Below the pieces are notes generated by a model that was not told the origin of the DNA, made no database searches, and was given only the letters and a program-made list of their open reading frames with translations. From Nemertoderma westbladi (lineage: Eukaryota > Animalia > Xenacoelomorpha), in the NCBI GenBank assembly GCA_032718475.1, contig JAUCBJ010000970.1, positions 8,403-72,402 of the forward strand: a stretch of DNA of 64,000 nt. Direction: 5' to 3'. Shown here one piece after another: positions 13,473-27,517 of the stretch. The translations under genes and the position numbers were made by a program. How positions within the stretch are numbered: the stretch's first letter is position 1; each line of letters opens with the position of its first letter.

Positions 13473-15080
13473 CCAGTATTGGTTGACAGAAGGAGATACG
13501 CAATGCGTATCCCATTGCGCCTCATAATAGCCTCTCGTCAACAAGTCAACCCCACCGACTAGCGGCACTGGCTGTTTCAGCTGACGGGGCTCTGTCGAAA
13601 AACGCGTCCCTGATGCAGTAAGGGCCCTCTTTTGAGGAGCAATATTATTATTGCCGCGGAACTGCTTCTACTCTAGGCCAGACCTAGCCAGAAGTAGAAT
13701 CCTCACCAACCATCAACACGAATAGATGAATCTGACACTTGCCCCAACACCCCCCCCCCCCCCCCCCCCCGCCCCAATGACGCAGAGGCAGACCAACAAC
13801 ACACCTCTTCACCTCTACCGATGTCGGAGAGTAAAATACCACGCATTATAGAATACAGGATAAGTTTGATCCAAGCAATGCAACGAAACCTGTAAGTTAG
13901 AAAATGCATGGTCCCAATATTTGCAAAATAATTACAAAGTCCTACATTTATTTTGCATGAGATACTAACAACCCGTCACTAACCACAACAAACGTACTGT
14001 ATAGTACAGTAGCCTGTCGTATTCGCCCAAATACGGCAGTATAACTCTGGGTTCAGAGAACGTGTACATATTGACAGGCGGCAATCCCCTGATACAGTAC
14101 CAAGCATGTGTTTGATATAAATATTAGATTTCTACTTCCATACAATTCTCATTGATTCCGCAGGTCAATGTTATAATTAAAACAGTCAATTTGATATATT
14201 CTTCCGATTCCATAGGCGGCTTACACACCAACTCCCACCCTACAGCCCTATTTATCCCAATCCATCAATTTTTGTCACAGGTGTGGTCTGAGGATACTAC
14301 ATTATACAAAATGAGTTTTCCATCCTGATAACTCTGTTTAATTTGACAATGTTTATAATAATAACTTCACCTCGATCCATATACCATAAGCATCAAACAG
14401 TCTTGCAATGTAATAAATCTGCCCAATAACTCATTGAACCGGAAGGACGCCCCGGGCTGACAACATAAATCAAAGCTAAAGTAAACATTATCTCTCCTTC
14501 ATAGACTTATGTCTTCAATATACTACCCAGAGACAGTCAGTCCCAGGCTATACAAAATTAGTTACCTCGGAGCCAGCAGCTGCTACAGAGTATTACATAA
14601 CACAAATCCATTTACTATAACATTGCCTTTCTTTCCATTTCTTTGTCACATTTTCTCAGTTACCCCCCCCCCCCCCCCCCCCCACACCCCACCCCACCCC
14701 TAAGCAGTCTCATCAAACCACCTGAATTATTGCAGGAGTTAAAAGTATCACATTGTCCTAATCCAAATCAACTTGAGATACAAAGAGCAACGTTTATTTA
14801 TTTATTTTTCAGATACATCGCCAACACTTTCTTCTTTATGCTCATATTAAGTATACCGTAAAAACTCTTAACCCAGTGGCTCCCTACTGTAAGAAATGTA
14901 CATACGCCAAATGTCAATATGTGCGCCGCCTCGTCGGATTCCGAGTGGCCCACACCCGCCCAGGTGTGCCCACTGCGGATCTTCCGTAGTAAACCAATTT
15001 GGTCAGGTCAAATCCAAACATTCACTGGAGATCACCAAATGGGGCGCTATGTGAAGTACCGTGCAGACACGATGATGATG
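13473..15080 (+). mobile_element. Composite 1.6-kb insertion splitting the satellite: a 350-bp dispersed element, degenerate LINE-like sequence and a (GAT)n tail
   Basis: Flanked on both sides by ATGGCTCGAGTC (possible TSD). Ends in GATGATGATGATG. 13473-13820 has a second, inverted copy at 29675-29986. Confidence 0.55.
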
Positions 15081-18000
15081 ATGGCTCGAGTCAGCTGGTT
15101 TCCAATCTATTATTATTATAATGGCTCGAGTCAGCTGGTTTCCAATCTATTAATATTATAATGGCTCGAGTCAGCTGGTTTCCAATCTATTAATATTATA
15201 ATGGCTCGAGTCAGCTGGTTTCCAATCTATTAATATTCTAATGGCTCGAGTCAGCTGGTTTCCAATCTATTAATATTCTAATGGCTCGAGTCAGCTGGTT
15301 TCCAATCTATTAATATTCTAATGGCTCGAGTCAGCTGGTTTCCAATCTATTATTATTATAATGGCTCGAGTCAGCTGGTTTTCCATCTATTAATATTCTA
15401 ATGGCTCGAGTCAGCTGGTTTCCAATCTATTAATATTCTAATGGCTCGAGTCAGCTGGTTTCCAATCTATTATTATTATAATGGCTCGAGTCAGCTGGTT
15501 TCCAATCTATTAATATTATAATGGCTCGAGTCAGCTGGTTTCCAATCTATTAATATTCTAATGGCTCGAGTCAGCTGGTTTCCAATCTATTAATATTCTA
15601 ATGGCTCGAGTCAGCTGGTTTCCAATCTATTAATATTATAATGGCTCGAGTCAGCTGGTTTCCAATCTATTAATATTCTAATGACTCGAGTCAGCTGGTT
15701 TCCAATCTATTAATATTATAATGGCTCGAGTCAGCTGGTTTCCAATCTATTAATATTCGAATGACCCGAGTCAGCTGGTTTCCAATCTATTAATATTATA
15801 ATGGCTCGAGTCAGCTGGTTTCCAATCTATTAATATTCGAATGGCCCGAGTCAGCTGGTTTCCAATCTATTAATATTCTAATGGCTCCAGCCAGCTGGTT
15901 TCCAATCTATTAATATTATAATGTCTCGAGTCAGCTGGTTTCCAATCTATTATTATTATAATGGCTCGAGTCAGCTGGTTTCCAATCTATTAATATTATA
16001 ATGGCTCGAGTCAGCTGGTTTCCAATCTATTAATATTGTAATGGCTCGAGTCAGCTGGTTTCCAATCTATTAATATTCTAATTTCTCGAGTCAGCTGGTT
16101 TCCAATCTATTATTATTATAATGGCTCGAGTCAGCTGGTTTCCTATCTATTAATATTCTAATGGCTCGAGTCAGCTGGTTTCCAATCTATTATTATTATA
16201 ATGGCTCGAGTCAGCTGGTTTCCTATCTATTAATATTCTAATGGCTCGAGTCAGCTGGTTTCCAATCTATTAATATTCTAATGGCTCGAGTCAGCTGGTT
16301 TCCAATCTATTAATATTCTAATGGCTCGAGTCAGCTGGTTTCCAATCTATTATTATTATAATGGCTCGAGTCAGCTGGTTTTCCATCTATTAATATTCTA
16401 ATGGCTCGAGTCAGCTGGTTTCCAATCTATTAATATTCTAATGGCTCGAGTCAGCTGGTTTCCAATCTATTATTATTATAATGGCTCGAGTCAGCTGGTT
16501 TCCAATCTATTAATATTATAATGGCTCGAGTCAGCTGGTTTCCAATCTATTAATATTCTAATGGCTCGAGTCAGCTGGTTTCCAATCTATTATTATTATA
16601 ATGGCTCGAGTCGGCTGGTTTTCTATATATTAATATTCTTATGGCTCGAGTCAGCTGGTTTCCAATCTATTAATATTATAATGGCTCGAGTCAGCTGGTT
16701 TCCAATCTATTAATATTATAATGGCTCGAGTCAGCTGGTTTCCAATCTATTAATATTATAATGGCTCGAGTCAGCTGGTTTCCAATCTATTAATATTCTA
16801 ATGGCTCGAGTCAGCTGGTTTCCAATCTATTAATATTGTAATGGCTCGAGTCAGCTGGTTTCCAATCTATTAATATTCCAATGGTTCGAGTCAGCTGGTT
16901 TCCAATCTATTAATATTCTAATGGCTCGAGTCAGCTGGTTTCCAATCTATTAATATTGTAATGGCTCGAGTCAGCTGGTTTCCAATCTATTAATATTCCA
17001 ATGGCTCGAGTCGGCTGGTTTTCTATATATTAATATTCTTATGGCTCGAGTCAGCTGGTTTCCAATCTATTATTATTATAATGGCTCGAGTCGGCTGGTT
17101 TCCTATCTATTAATATTCTAATGGCTCGAGCCAGCTGGTTTCCAATCTATTATTATTATAATGGCTCGAGTCGGCTGGTTTTCTATATATTAATATTCTT
17201 ATGGCTCGAGTCAGCTGGTTTCCAATCTATTAATATTATAATGGCTCGAGTCAGCTGGTTTCCAATCTATTAATATTATAATGGCTCGAGTCAGCTGGTT
17301 TCCAATCTATTAATATTATAATGGCTCGAGTCAGCTGGTTTCCAATCTATTAATATTCTAATGGCTCGAGTCAGCTGGTTTCCAATCTATTAATATTCTA
17401 ATGGCTCGAGTCAGCTGGTTTCCAATCTATTATTATTATAATGGCTCGAGTCGGCTGGTTTTCTATATATTAATATTCTTATGGCTCGAGTCAGCTGGTT
17501 TCCAATCTATTAATATTATAATGGCTCGAGTCAGCTGGTTTCCAATCTATTAATATTATAATGGCTCGAGTCAGCTGGTTTCCAATCTATTAATATTATA
17601 ATGGCTCGAGTCAGCTGGTTTCCAATCTATTAATATTATAATGGCTCGAGTCAGCTGGTTTCCAATCTATTAATATTCTAATGGCTCGAGTCAGCTGGTT
17701 TCCAATCTATTAATATTGTAATGGCTCGAGTCAGCTGGTTTCCAATCTATTAATATTCCAATGGCTCGAGTCGGCTGGTTTTCTATATATTAATATTCTT
17801 ATGGCTCGAGTCAGCTGGTTTCCAATCTATTATTATTATAATGGCTCGAGTCGGCTGGTTTCCTATCTATTAATATTCTAATGGCTCGAGCCAGCTGGTT
17901 TCCAATCTATTATTATTATAATGGCTCGAGTCGGCTGGTTTTCTATATATTAATATTCTTATGGCTCGAGTCAGCTGGTTTCCAATCTATTAATATTATA

Positions 18001-21000
18001 ATGGCTCGAGTCAGCTGGTTTCCAATCTATTAATATTATAATGGCTCGAGTCAGCTGGTTTCCAATCTATTAATATTATAATGGCTCGAGTCAGCTGGTT
18101 TCCAATCTATTAATATTCTAATGGCTCGAGTCAGCTGGTTTCCAATCTATTAATATTGTAATGGCTCGAGTCAGCTGGTTTCCAATCTATTAATATTCCA
18201 ATGGTTCGAGTCAGCTGGTTTCCAATCTATTAATATTATAATGGCTCGAGTCAGCTGGTTTCCAATCTATTAATATTCTAATGGCTCGAGTCAGCTGGTT
18301 TCTAATCTATTAATATTCTAATGGCTCGAGTCAGCTGGTTTCCAATCTATTATTATTATAATGGCTCGAGCCAGCTGGTTTCCAATCTATTATTATTATA
18401 ATGGCTCGAGTCGGCTGGTTTCCTATCTATTAATATTCTAATGGCTCGAGTCAGCTGGTTTCCAATCTATTAATATTCTAATGGCTCGAGTCAGCTGGTT
18501 TCCAATCTAATAATATTGTAATGGCTCGAGCCAGCTGGTTTCCAATCTATTATTATTATAATGGCTCGAGTCGGCTGGTTTCCTATCTATTAATATTCTA
18601 ATGGCTCGAGTCAGCTGGTTTCCAATCTATTATTATTATAATGGCTCGAGTCAGCTGGTTTCCAATCTATTAATATTCTAATGGCTCGAGTTAGCTGGTT
18701 TCCAATCTATTAATATTCTAATGGCTCGAGTCGGCTGGTTTCCAATCTATTATTATTATAATGGCTCGAGTCAGCTGGTTTCCTATCTATTAATATTCTA
18801 ATGGCTCGAGCCAGCTGGTTTCCAATCTATTATTATTATAATGGCTCGAGTCGGCTGGTTTCCTATCTAGTAATATTCTAATGGCTCGAGTCAGCTGGTT
18901 TCCAATCTATTAATATTCTAATGGCTCGAGTCAGCTGGTTTTCAATCTATTATTATTATAATGGCTAGAGTCAGCTGGTTTCCAATCTATTATTATTATA
19001 ATGGCTCGAGTCGGCTGGTTTCCAATCTATTAATATTCTAATGGCTCGAGCCAGCTGGTTTCCATTCTATTATTATTATAATGGCTCGAGTCGGCTGGTT
19101 TCCTATCTATTAATATTATAATGGGTCGAGTCAGCTGGTTTCCAATCTATTAATATTCTAATGGCTCGAGTCAGCTGGTTTCCAATCTAATAATATTGTA
19201 ATGGCTCGAGTCAGCTGGTTTCCAATCTATTATTATTATAACGGCTCGAGTCGGCTGGTTTCCTATCTATTAATATTCTAATGGCTCGAGTCAGCTGGTT
19301 TCCTATCTATTATTGTTATAATGGCTCGAGTCGGCTGGTTTCCAATCTATTAATATTCTAATGGTTCGAGTCAGCTGGTTTCCAATCTATTATTATTATA
19401 ATGGCTCGAGTCAGCTGGTTTCCAATCTATTATTATTATAATGGCTCGAGTCGGCTGGTTTCCAATCTATTAAAATTCTAATGGCTCGAGCCAGCTGGTT
19501 TCCAATCTATTATTATTATAATGGCTCGAGTCGGCTGGTTTCCTATCTATTAATATTCTAATGGCTCGAGTCAGCTGGTTTCCAATCTATTATTATTATA
19601 ATGGCTCGAGTCGGCTGATTTCCTATCTATTAATATTCTAATGGCTCGAGCCAGCTGGTTTCCAATCTATTATTATTATAATGGCTCGAGTCGGCTGGTT
19701 TCCTATCTATTAATATTCTAATGGGTCGAGTCAGCTGGTTTCCAATCTATTAATATTCTAATGGCTCGAGCTTGCTGGTTTCCAATCTATTAATATTGTA
19801 ATGGCTCGAGTCAGCTGGTTTCCAATCTATTATTATTATAATGGCTCGAGTCGGCTGGTTTCCTATCTATTAATATTCTAATGGCTCGAGTCAGCTGGTT
19901 TCCAATCTATTATTATTATAATGGCTCGAGTCAGCTGGTTTCCAATCTATTAATAGTGTAATGGCTCGAGTCAGCTGGTTTCCAATCTATTAATATTCTA
20001 ATGGCTCGAGTCAGCTGGTTTCCAATCTATTAATATTCTAATGGCTCGAGTCAGCTGGTTTCAAATCTATTACTTGGTTCGATTCAGCTGGTTTCCTATC
20101 TATTAATATTATAATGGCTCGAGTCAGCTGGTTTCCAATCTATTAATATTATAATGGCTCGAGTCAGCTGGTTTCCAATCTATTATTATTATAATGGCTC
20201 GAGTCAGCTGGTTTCCAATCTATTAATATTCTAATGGCTCCAGCCAGCTGGTTTCCAATCTATTAATATTATAATGTCTCGAGTCAGCTGGTTTCCAATC
20301 TATTATTATTATAATGGCTCGAGTCAGCTGGTTTCCAATCTATTAATATTATAATGGCTCGAGTCAGCTGGTTTCCAATCTATTAATATTATAATGGCTC
20401 GAGTCAGCTGGTTTCCAATCTATTAATATTCTAATGGCTCGAGTCAGCTGGTTTCCAATCTATTAATATTCTAATGGCTCGAGTCAGCTGGTTTCCAATC
20501 TATTAATATTCTAATGGCTCGAGTCAGCTGGTTTCCAATCTATTATTATTATAATGGCTCGAGTCAGCTGGTTTTCCATCTATTAATATTCTAATGGCTC
20601 GAGTCAGCTGGTTTCCAATCTATTAATATTCTAATGGCTCGAGTCAGCTGGTTTCCAATCTATTATTATTATAATGGCTCGAGTCAGCTGGTTTCCAATC
20701 TATTAATATTATAATGGCTCGAGTCAGCTGGTTTCCAATCTATTAATATTCTAATGGCTCGAGTCAGCTGGTTTCCAATCTATTAATATTCTAATGGCTC
20801 GAGTCAGCTGGTTTCCAATCTATTAATATTATAATGGCTCGAGTCAGCTGGTTTCCAATCTATTAATATTCTAATGGCTCGAGTCAGCTGGTTTCCAATC
20901 TATTAATATTATAATGGCTCGAGTCAGCTGGTTTCCAATCTATTAATATTCGAATGGCCCGAGTCAGCTGGTTTCCAATCTATTAATATTATAATGGCTC

Positions 21001-24000
21001 GAGTCAGCTGGTTTCCAATCTATTAATATTCGAATGGCCCGAGTCAGCTGGTTTCCAATCTATTAATATTCTAATGGCTCCAGCCAGCTGGTTTCCAATC
21101 TATTAATATTATAATGTCTCGAGTCAGCTGGTTTCCAATCTATTATTATTATAATGGCTCGAGTCAGCTGGTTTCCAATCTATTAATATTATAATGGCTC
21201 GAGTCAGCTGGTTTCCAATCTATTAATATTGTAATGGCTCGAGTCAGCTGGTTTCCAATCTATTAATATTCTAATTTCTCGAGTCAGCTGGTTTCCAATC
21301 TATTATTATTATAATGGCTCGAGTCGGCTGGTTTTCTATATATTAATATTCTTATGGCTCGAGTCAGCTGGTTTCCAATCTATTAATATTCCAATGGCTC
21401 GAGTCGGCTGGTTTTCTATATATTAATATTCTTATGGCTCGAGTCAGCTGGTTTCCAATCTATTATTATTATAATGGCTCGAGTCGGCTGGTTTCCTATC
21501 TATTAATATTCTAATGGCTCGAGCCAGCTGGTTTCCAATCTATTATTATTATAATGGCTCGAGTCGGCTGGTTTTCTATATATTAATATTCTTATGGCTC
21601 GAGTCAGCTGGTTTCCAATCTATTAATATTATAATGGCTCGAGTCAGCTGGTTTCCAATCTATTAATATTATAATGGCTCGAGTCAGCTGGTTTCCAATC
21701 TATTAATATTATAATGGCTCGAGTCAGCTGGTTTCCAATCTATTAATATTCTAATGGCTCGAGTCAGCTGGTTTCCAATCTATTAATATTCTAATGGCTC
21801 GAGTCAGCTGGTTTCCAATCTATTATTATTATAATGGCTCGAGTCGGCTGGTTTTCTATATATTAATATTCTTATGGCTCGAGTCAGCTGGTTTCCAATC
21901 TATTAATATTATAATGGCTCGAGTCAGCTGGTTTCCAATCTATTAATATTATAATGGCTCGAGTCAGCTGGTTTCCAATCTATTAATATTATAATGGCTC
22001 GAGTCAGCTGGTTTCCAATCTATTAATATTATAATGGCTCGAGTCAGCTGGTTTCCAATCTATTAATATTCTAATGGCTCGAGTCAGCTGGTTTCCAATC
22101 TATTAATATTGTAATGGCTCGAGTCAGCTGGTTTCCAATCTATTAATATTCCAATGGCTCGAGTCGGCTGGTTTTCTATATATTAATATTCTTATGGCTC
22201 GAGTCAGCTGGTTTCCAATCTATTATTATTATAATGGCTCGAGTCGGCTGGTTTCCTATCTATTAATATTCTAATGGCTCGAGCCAGCTGGTTTCCAATC
22301 TATTATTATTATAATGGCTCGAGTCGGCTGGTTTTCTATATATTAATATTCTTATGGCTCGAGTCAGCTGGTTTCCAATCTATTAATATTATAATGGCTC
22401 GAGTCAGCTGGTTTCCAATCTATTAATATTATAATGGCTCGAGTCAGCTGGTTTCCAATCTATTAATATTATAATGGCTCGAGTCAGCTGGTTTCCAATC
22501 TATTAATATTCTAATGGCTCGAGTCAGCTGGTTTCCAATCTATTAATATTGTAATGGCTCGAGTCAGCTGGTTTCCAATCTATTAATATTCCAATGGTTC
22601 GAGTCAGCTGGTTTCCAATCTATTAATATTATAATGGCTCGAGTCAGCTGGTTTCCAATCTATTAATATTCTAATGGCTCGAGTCAGCTGGTTTCCAATC
22701 TATTAATATTCTAATGGCTCGAGTCAGCTGGTTTCCAATCCATTAATATTCTAATGGCTCGAGTCAGCTGGTTTCCAATCTATTAATATTCTAATGGCTC
22801 GAGTCAGCTGGTTTCCAATCCATTAATATTATAATGGCTCGAGTCAGCTGGTTTCCAATCTATTAATATTCTAATGGCTCGAGTCAGCTGGTTTCCAATC
22901 TATTAATATTCTAATGGCTCGAGTCAGCTGGTTTCCAATCTATTAATATTCTAATGGCTCGAGTCAGCTGGTTTCTAATCTATTAATATTCTAATGGCTC
23001 GAGTCAGCTGGTTTCCAATCTATTATTATTATAATGGCTCGAGCCAGCTGGTTTCCAATCTATTATTATTATAATGGCTCGAGTCGGCTGGTTTCCTATC
23101 TATTAATATTCTAATGGCTCGAGTCAGCTGGTTTCCAATCTATTAATATTCTAATGGCTCGAGTCAGCTGGTTTTCAATCTAATAATATTGTAATGGCTC
23201 GAGCCAGCTGGTTTCCAATCTATTATTATTATAATGGCTCGAGTCGGCTGGTTTCCAATCTATTAATATTCGAATGGCCCGAGTCAGCTGGTTTCCAATC
23301 TATTAATATTCTAATGGCTCCAGCCAGCTGGTTTCCAATCTATTAATATTATAATGTCTCGAGTCAGCTGGTTTCCAATCTATTATTATTATAATGGCTC
23401 GAGTCAGCTGGTTTCCAATCTATTAATATTATAATGGCTCGAGTCAGCTGGTTTCCAATCTATTAATATTGTAATGGCTCGAGTCAGCTGGTTTCCAATC
23501 TATTAATATTCTAATTTCTCGAGTCAGCTGGTTTCCAATCTATTATTATTATAATGGCTCGAGTCGGCTGGTTTTCTATATATTAATATTCTTATGGCTC
23601 GAGTCAGCTGGTTTCCAATCTATTAATATTCCAATGGCTCGAGTCGGCTGGTTTTCTATATATTAATATTCTTATGGCTCGAGTCAGCTGGTTTCCAATC
23701 TATTATTATTATAATGGCTCGAGTCAGCTGGTTTTCCATCTATTAATATTCTAATGGCTCGAGTCAGCTGGTTTCCAATCTATTAATATTCTAATGGCTC
23801 GAGTCAGCTGGTTTCCAATCTATTATTATTATAATGGCTCGAGTCAGCTGGTTTCCAATCTATTAATATTATAATGGCTCGAGTCAGCTGGTTTCCAATC
23901 TATTAATATTCTAATGGCTCGAGTCAGCTGGTTTCCAATCTATTAATATTCTAATGGCTCGAGTCAGCTGGTTTCCAATCTATTAATATTATAATGGCTC

Positions 24001-26330
24001 GAGTCAGCTGGTTTCCAATCTATTAATATTCTAATGGCTCGAGTCAGCTGGTTTCCAATCTATTAATATTATAATGGCTCGAGTCAGCTGGTTTCCAATC
24101 TATTAATATTCGAATGGCCCGAGTCAGCTGGTTTCCAATCTATTAATATTATAATGGCTCGAGTCAGCTGGTTTCCAATCTATTAATATTCGAATGGCCC
24201 GAGTCAGCTGGTTTCCAATCTATTAATATTCTAATGGCTCCAGCCAGCTGGTTTCCAATCTATTAATATTATAATGTCTCGAGTCAGCTGGTTTCCAATC
24301 TATTATTATTATAATGGCTCGAGTCAGCTGGTTTCCAATCTATTAATATTATAATGGCTCGAGTCAGCTGGTTTCCAATCTATTAATATTGTAATGGCTC
24401 GAGTCAGCTGGTTTCCAATCTATTAATATTCTAATTTCTCGAGTCAGCTGGTTTCCAATCTATTATTATTATAATGGCTCGAGTCAGCTGGTTTCCTATC
24501 TATTAATATTCTAATGGCTCGAGTCAGCTGGTTTCCAATCTATTATTATTATAATGGCTCGAGTCAGCTGGTTTCCTATCTATTAATATTCTAATGGCTC
24601 GAGTCAGCTGGTTTCCAATCTATTAATATTCTAATGGCTCGATTCAGCTGGTTTCCAATCTATTAATATTCTAATGGCTCGAGTCAGCTGGTTTCCAATC
24701 TATTATTATTATAATGGCTCGAGTCAGCTGGTTTTCCATCTATTAATATTCTAATGGCTCGAGTCAGCTGGTTTCCAATCTATTAATATTCTAATGGCTC
24801 GAGTCAGCTGGTTTCCAATCTATTATTATTATAATGGCTCGAGTCAGCTGGTTTCCAATCTATTAATATTATAATGGCTCGAGTCAGCTGGTTTCCAATC
24901 TATTAATATTCTAATGGCTCGAGTCAGCTGGTTTCCAATCTATTAATATTCTAATGGCTCGAGTCAGCTGGTTTCCAATCTATTAATATTATAATGGCTC
25001 GAGTCAGCTGGTTTCCAATCTATTAATATTCTAATGGCTCGAGTCAGCTGGTTTCCAATCTATTAATATTATAATGGCTCGAGTCAGCTGGTTTCCAATC
25101 TATTAATATTCTAATGGCTCGAGTCAGCTGGTTTCCAATCTATTAATATTCTAATGGCTCGAGTCAGCTGGTTTCCAATCTATTAATATTATAATGGCTC
25201 GAGTCAGCTGGTTTCCAATCTATTAATATTCTAATGGCTCGAGTCAGCTGGTTTCCAATCTATTAATATTATAATGGCTCGAGTCAGCTGGTTTCCAATC
25301 TATTAATATTCTAATGGCTCGAGTCAGCTGGTTTCCAATCTATTAATATTATAATGGCTCGAGTCAGCTGGTTTCCAATCTATTAATATTCGAATGGCCC
25401 GAGTCAGCTGGTTTCCAATCTATTAATATTCTAATGGCTCAACTTAGCTGATTTACAATCTATTAATATTCGAATGGCCCGAGTCAGCTGGTTTCCAATC
25501 TATTAATATTCTAATGGCTCCACTAGCTGGTTTCCAATCTATTAATATTCTAATGGCTCGAGTCAGCTGGTTTCCAATCTATTATTATTATAATGGCTCG
25601 AGTCAGCTGGTTTTCCATCTATTAATATTCTAATGGCCCGAGTCAGCTGGTTTCCAATCTATTAATATTATAATGGCTCGAGTCAGCTGGTTTCCAATCT
25701 ATTAATATTCTAATGGCTCAACTTAGCTGATTTACAATCTATTAATATTCTAATGGCTCGAGTCAGCTGGTTTCCAATCTATTAATATTCTAATGGCTCG
25801 AGTCAGCTGGTTTCCAATCTATTAATATTATAATGGCTCGAGTTAGCTGGTTTCCAATCTATTAATATTCTAATGGCTCGAGTTAGCTGGTTTCCAATCT
25901 ATTATTATTATAATGGCTCGAGTTAGCTGGTTTCCAATCTATTAATATTCTAATGGCTCGAGTCAGCTGGTTTCCAATCTATTATTATTATAATGGCTCG
26001 AGTTAGCTGGTTTCCAATCTATTAATATTCTAATGGCTCGAGTCAGCTGGTTTCCAATCTATTATTATTATAATGGCTCGAGTCAGCTGGTTTCCAATCT
26101 ATTATTATTATAATGGTTCGAGTCAGCTGGTTTCCAATCTATTATTATTATAATGGCTCGAGTCAGCTGGTTTCCAATCTATTAATATTCTAATGGCTCG
26201 AGTCAGCTGGTTTCCAATCTATTATTATTATAATGGCTCGAGTCGGCTGGTTTCCAATCTATTAATATTCTAATGGCTCGAGTCAGCTGGTTTCCAATCT
26301 ATTATTATAATATCTCGAGTCAGTTGGTTT
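15081..26330. repeat. 40-bp satellite array 2 in ZZEF1 intron 2, with higher-order repeat blocks
   Basis: About 280 copies of the same unit as array 1, with ordered runs of variant monomers recurring. Confidence 0.98.
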
Positions 26331-26706
26331 GAAATTCAAACTATTATATAGGCTCGATTCATGTGAACGAAAACGTCTGATTTTTTGTTTGTACGTAGAT
26401 TTAACTAGTCTGAATCCGACCGAAAAAAAATTGCGAAAAAATGGGGTACTGGGGTTATTATTTTGCAGCAACAAAAAAACAAGTAGAGAACAATTTTCAA
26501 AAAAATTAAAGTTACAAATTCGGCTAATCGTTTTTCAATACCAGGTTTTCTGGGGTGCGGATTCCATTGGAAAATATTTAAATATGATCTTGTTACTATA
26601 AATGACTGTTTTAGTCCTCTACGTAGGCAAAAAATGATAAAAACAAGTAACAAGCCCTTTTCAGTTTGAACACAACATTTTTAATTCACTTATACGTTGC
26701 TATAAA

Positions 26707-27517
26707 CAGGGACAGGATACGATACGATAAGAAAATACGATACGAACTAATTTTTCACGATACGATACGATACGAATGCAATTATGAGAAGATACGATAC
26801 CATACGAAAAATCCAAGATACGATTTGAAATACGAAAAAGTTTTGTATTGTTTTCGTATCGTATTTTATCTAAGAGTTAATAAAATATGTGTATTTTGTA
26901 TTACACTTAGAAAATCATATAAATCTCTATATAATAGTTAAAAAAAAATTTTTATTCAATGTTCCAATTCAGTATGCTTGCTTCAGCAATAGTGTGTCTC
27001 CTGGCAATAACATCCATTATCCATTAAAACTTCAATTCCAAAGTCAAACTAATACTAGAATAAAACTATGTTTTATTTCAAAACAAATGTTTTATTTATT
27101 TTATTCTCTCACTAGAATTCCTTATCATAACATCAATGCCTTGTAGACCCTATTAGAGTTCTCCTACAAGTTTATTTAAACTGTAATTAGATTATATTTC
27201 TTTGGTCTTTCTATCATTGTTATACAGTTAATTACAATGTGATTAACAATCCTCCTCCTGTCTTACACATTTTATTGACATAATAAAACTGTAAGCTGTT
27301 ACCTAATTTATACACAAATTTTTGAGAAAATAAATGTAATAAATGATCTCTGGTTTGACTGTTGAAAACATTAATATGTATAAAATAATAAGATACGAAA
27401 ATACGAAAAATATTACAAAGTCAATTTTTATGATACGATACGAAATTCGATATGAATAATATATTGCAATACGAAATACGAATGTCCATTTTCGTGTCGT
27501 ATCGTAGCCTGCCCTTG
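26707..27517. mobile_element. hAT-type MITE with GATAC subterminal repeats
   Basis: Imperfect TIR CAGGGACAGGATACGATACGA / TCGTATCGTAGCCTGCCCTTG and an 8-bp TSD GCTATAAA. Confidence 0.75.

Noticed and set aside
14919-14990. HDV-like ribozyme (GCC-GCCTCGTC-GGA plus CACACC/GGTGTG stem)
   Set aside because: P3 and L3 are mismatched and I could not find a convincing P1/P2 pairing.
9806-26330. CRISPR array
   Set aside because: These are head-to-tail monomers with no unique spacers and no cas genes, in a spliceosomal-intron context. The same applies to the 43- and 44-bp arrays.
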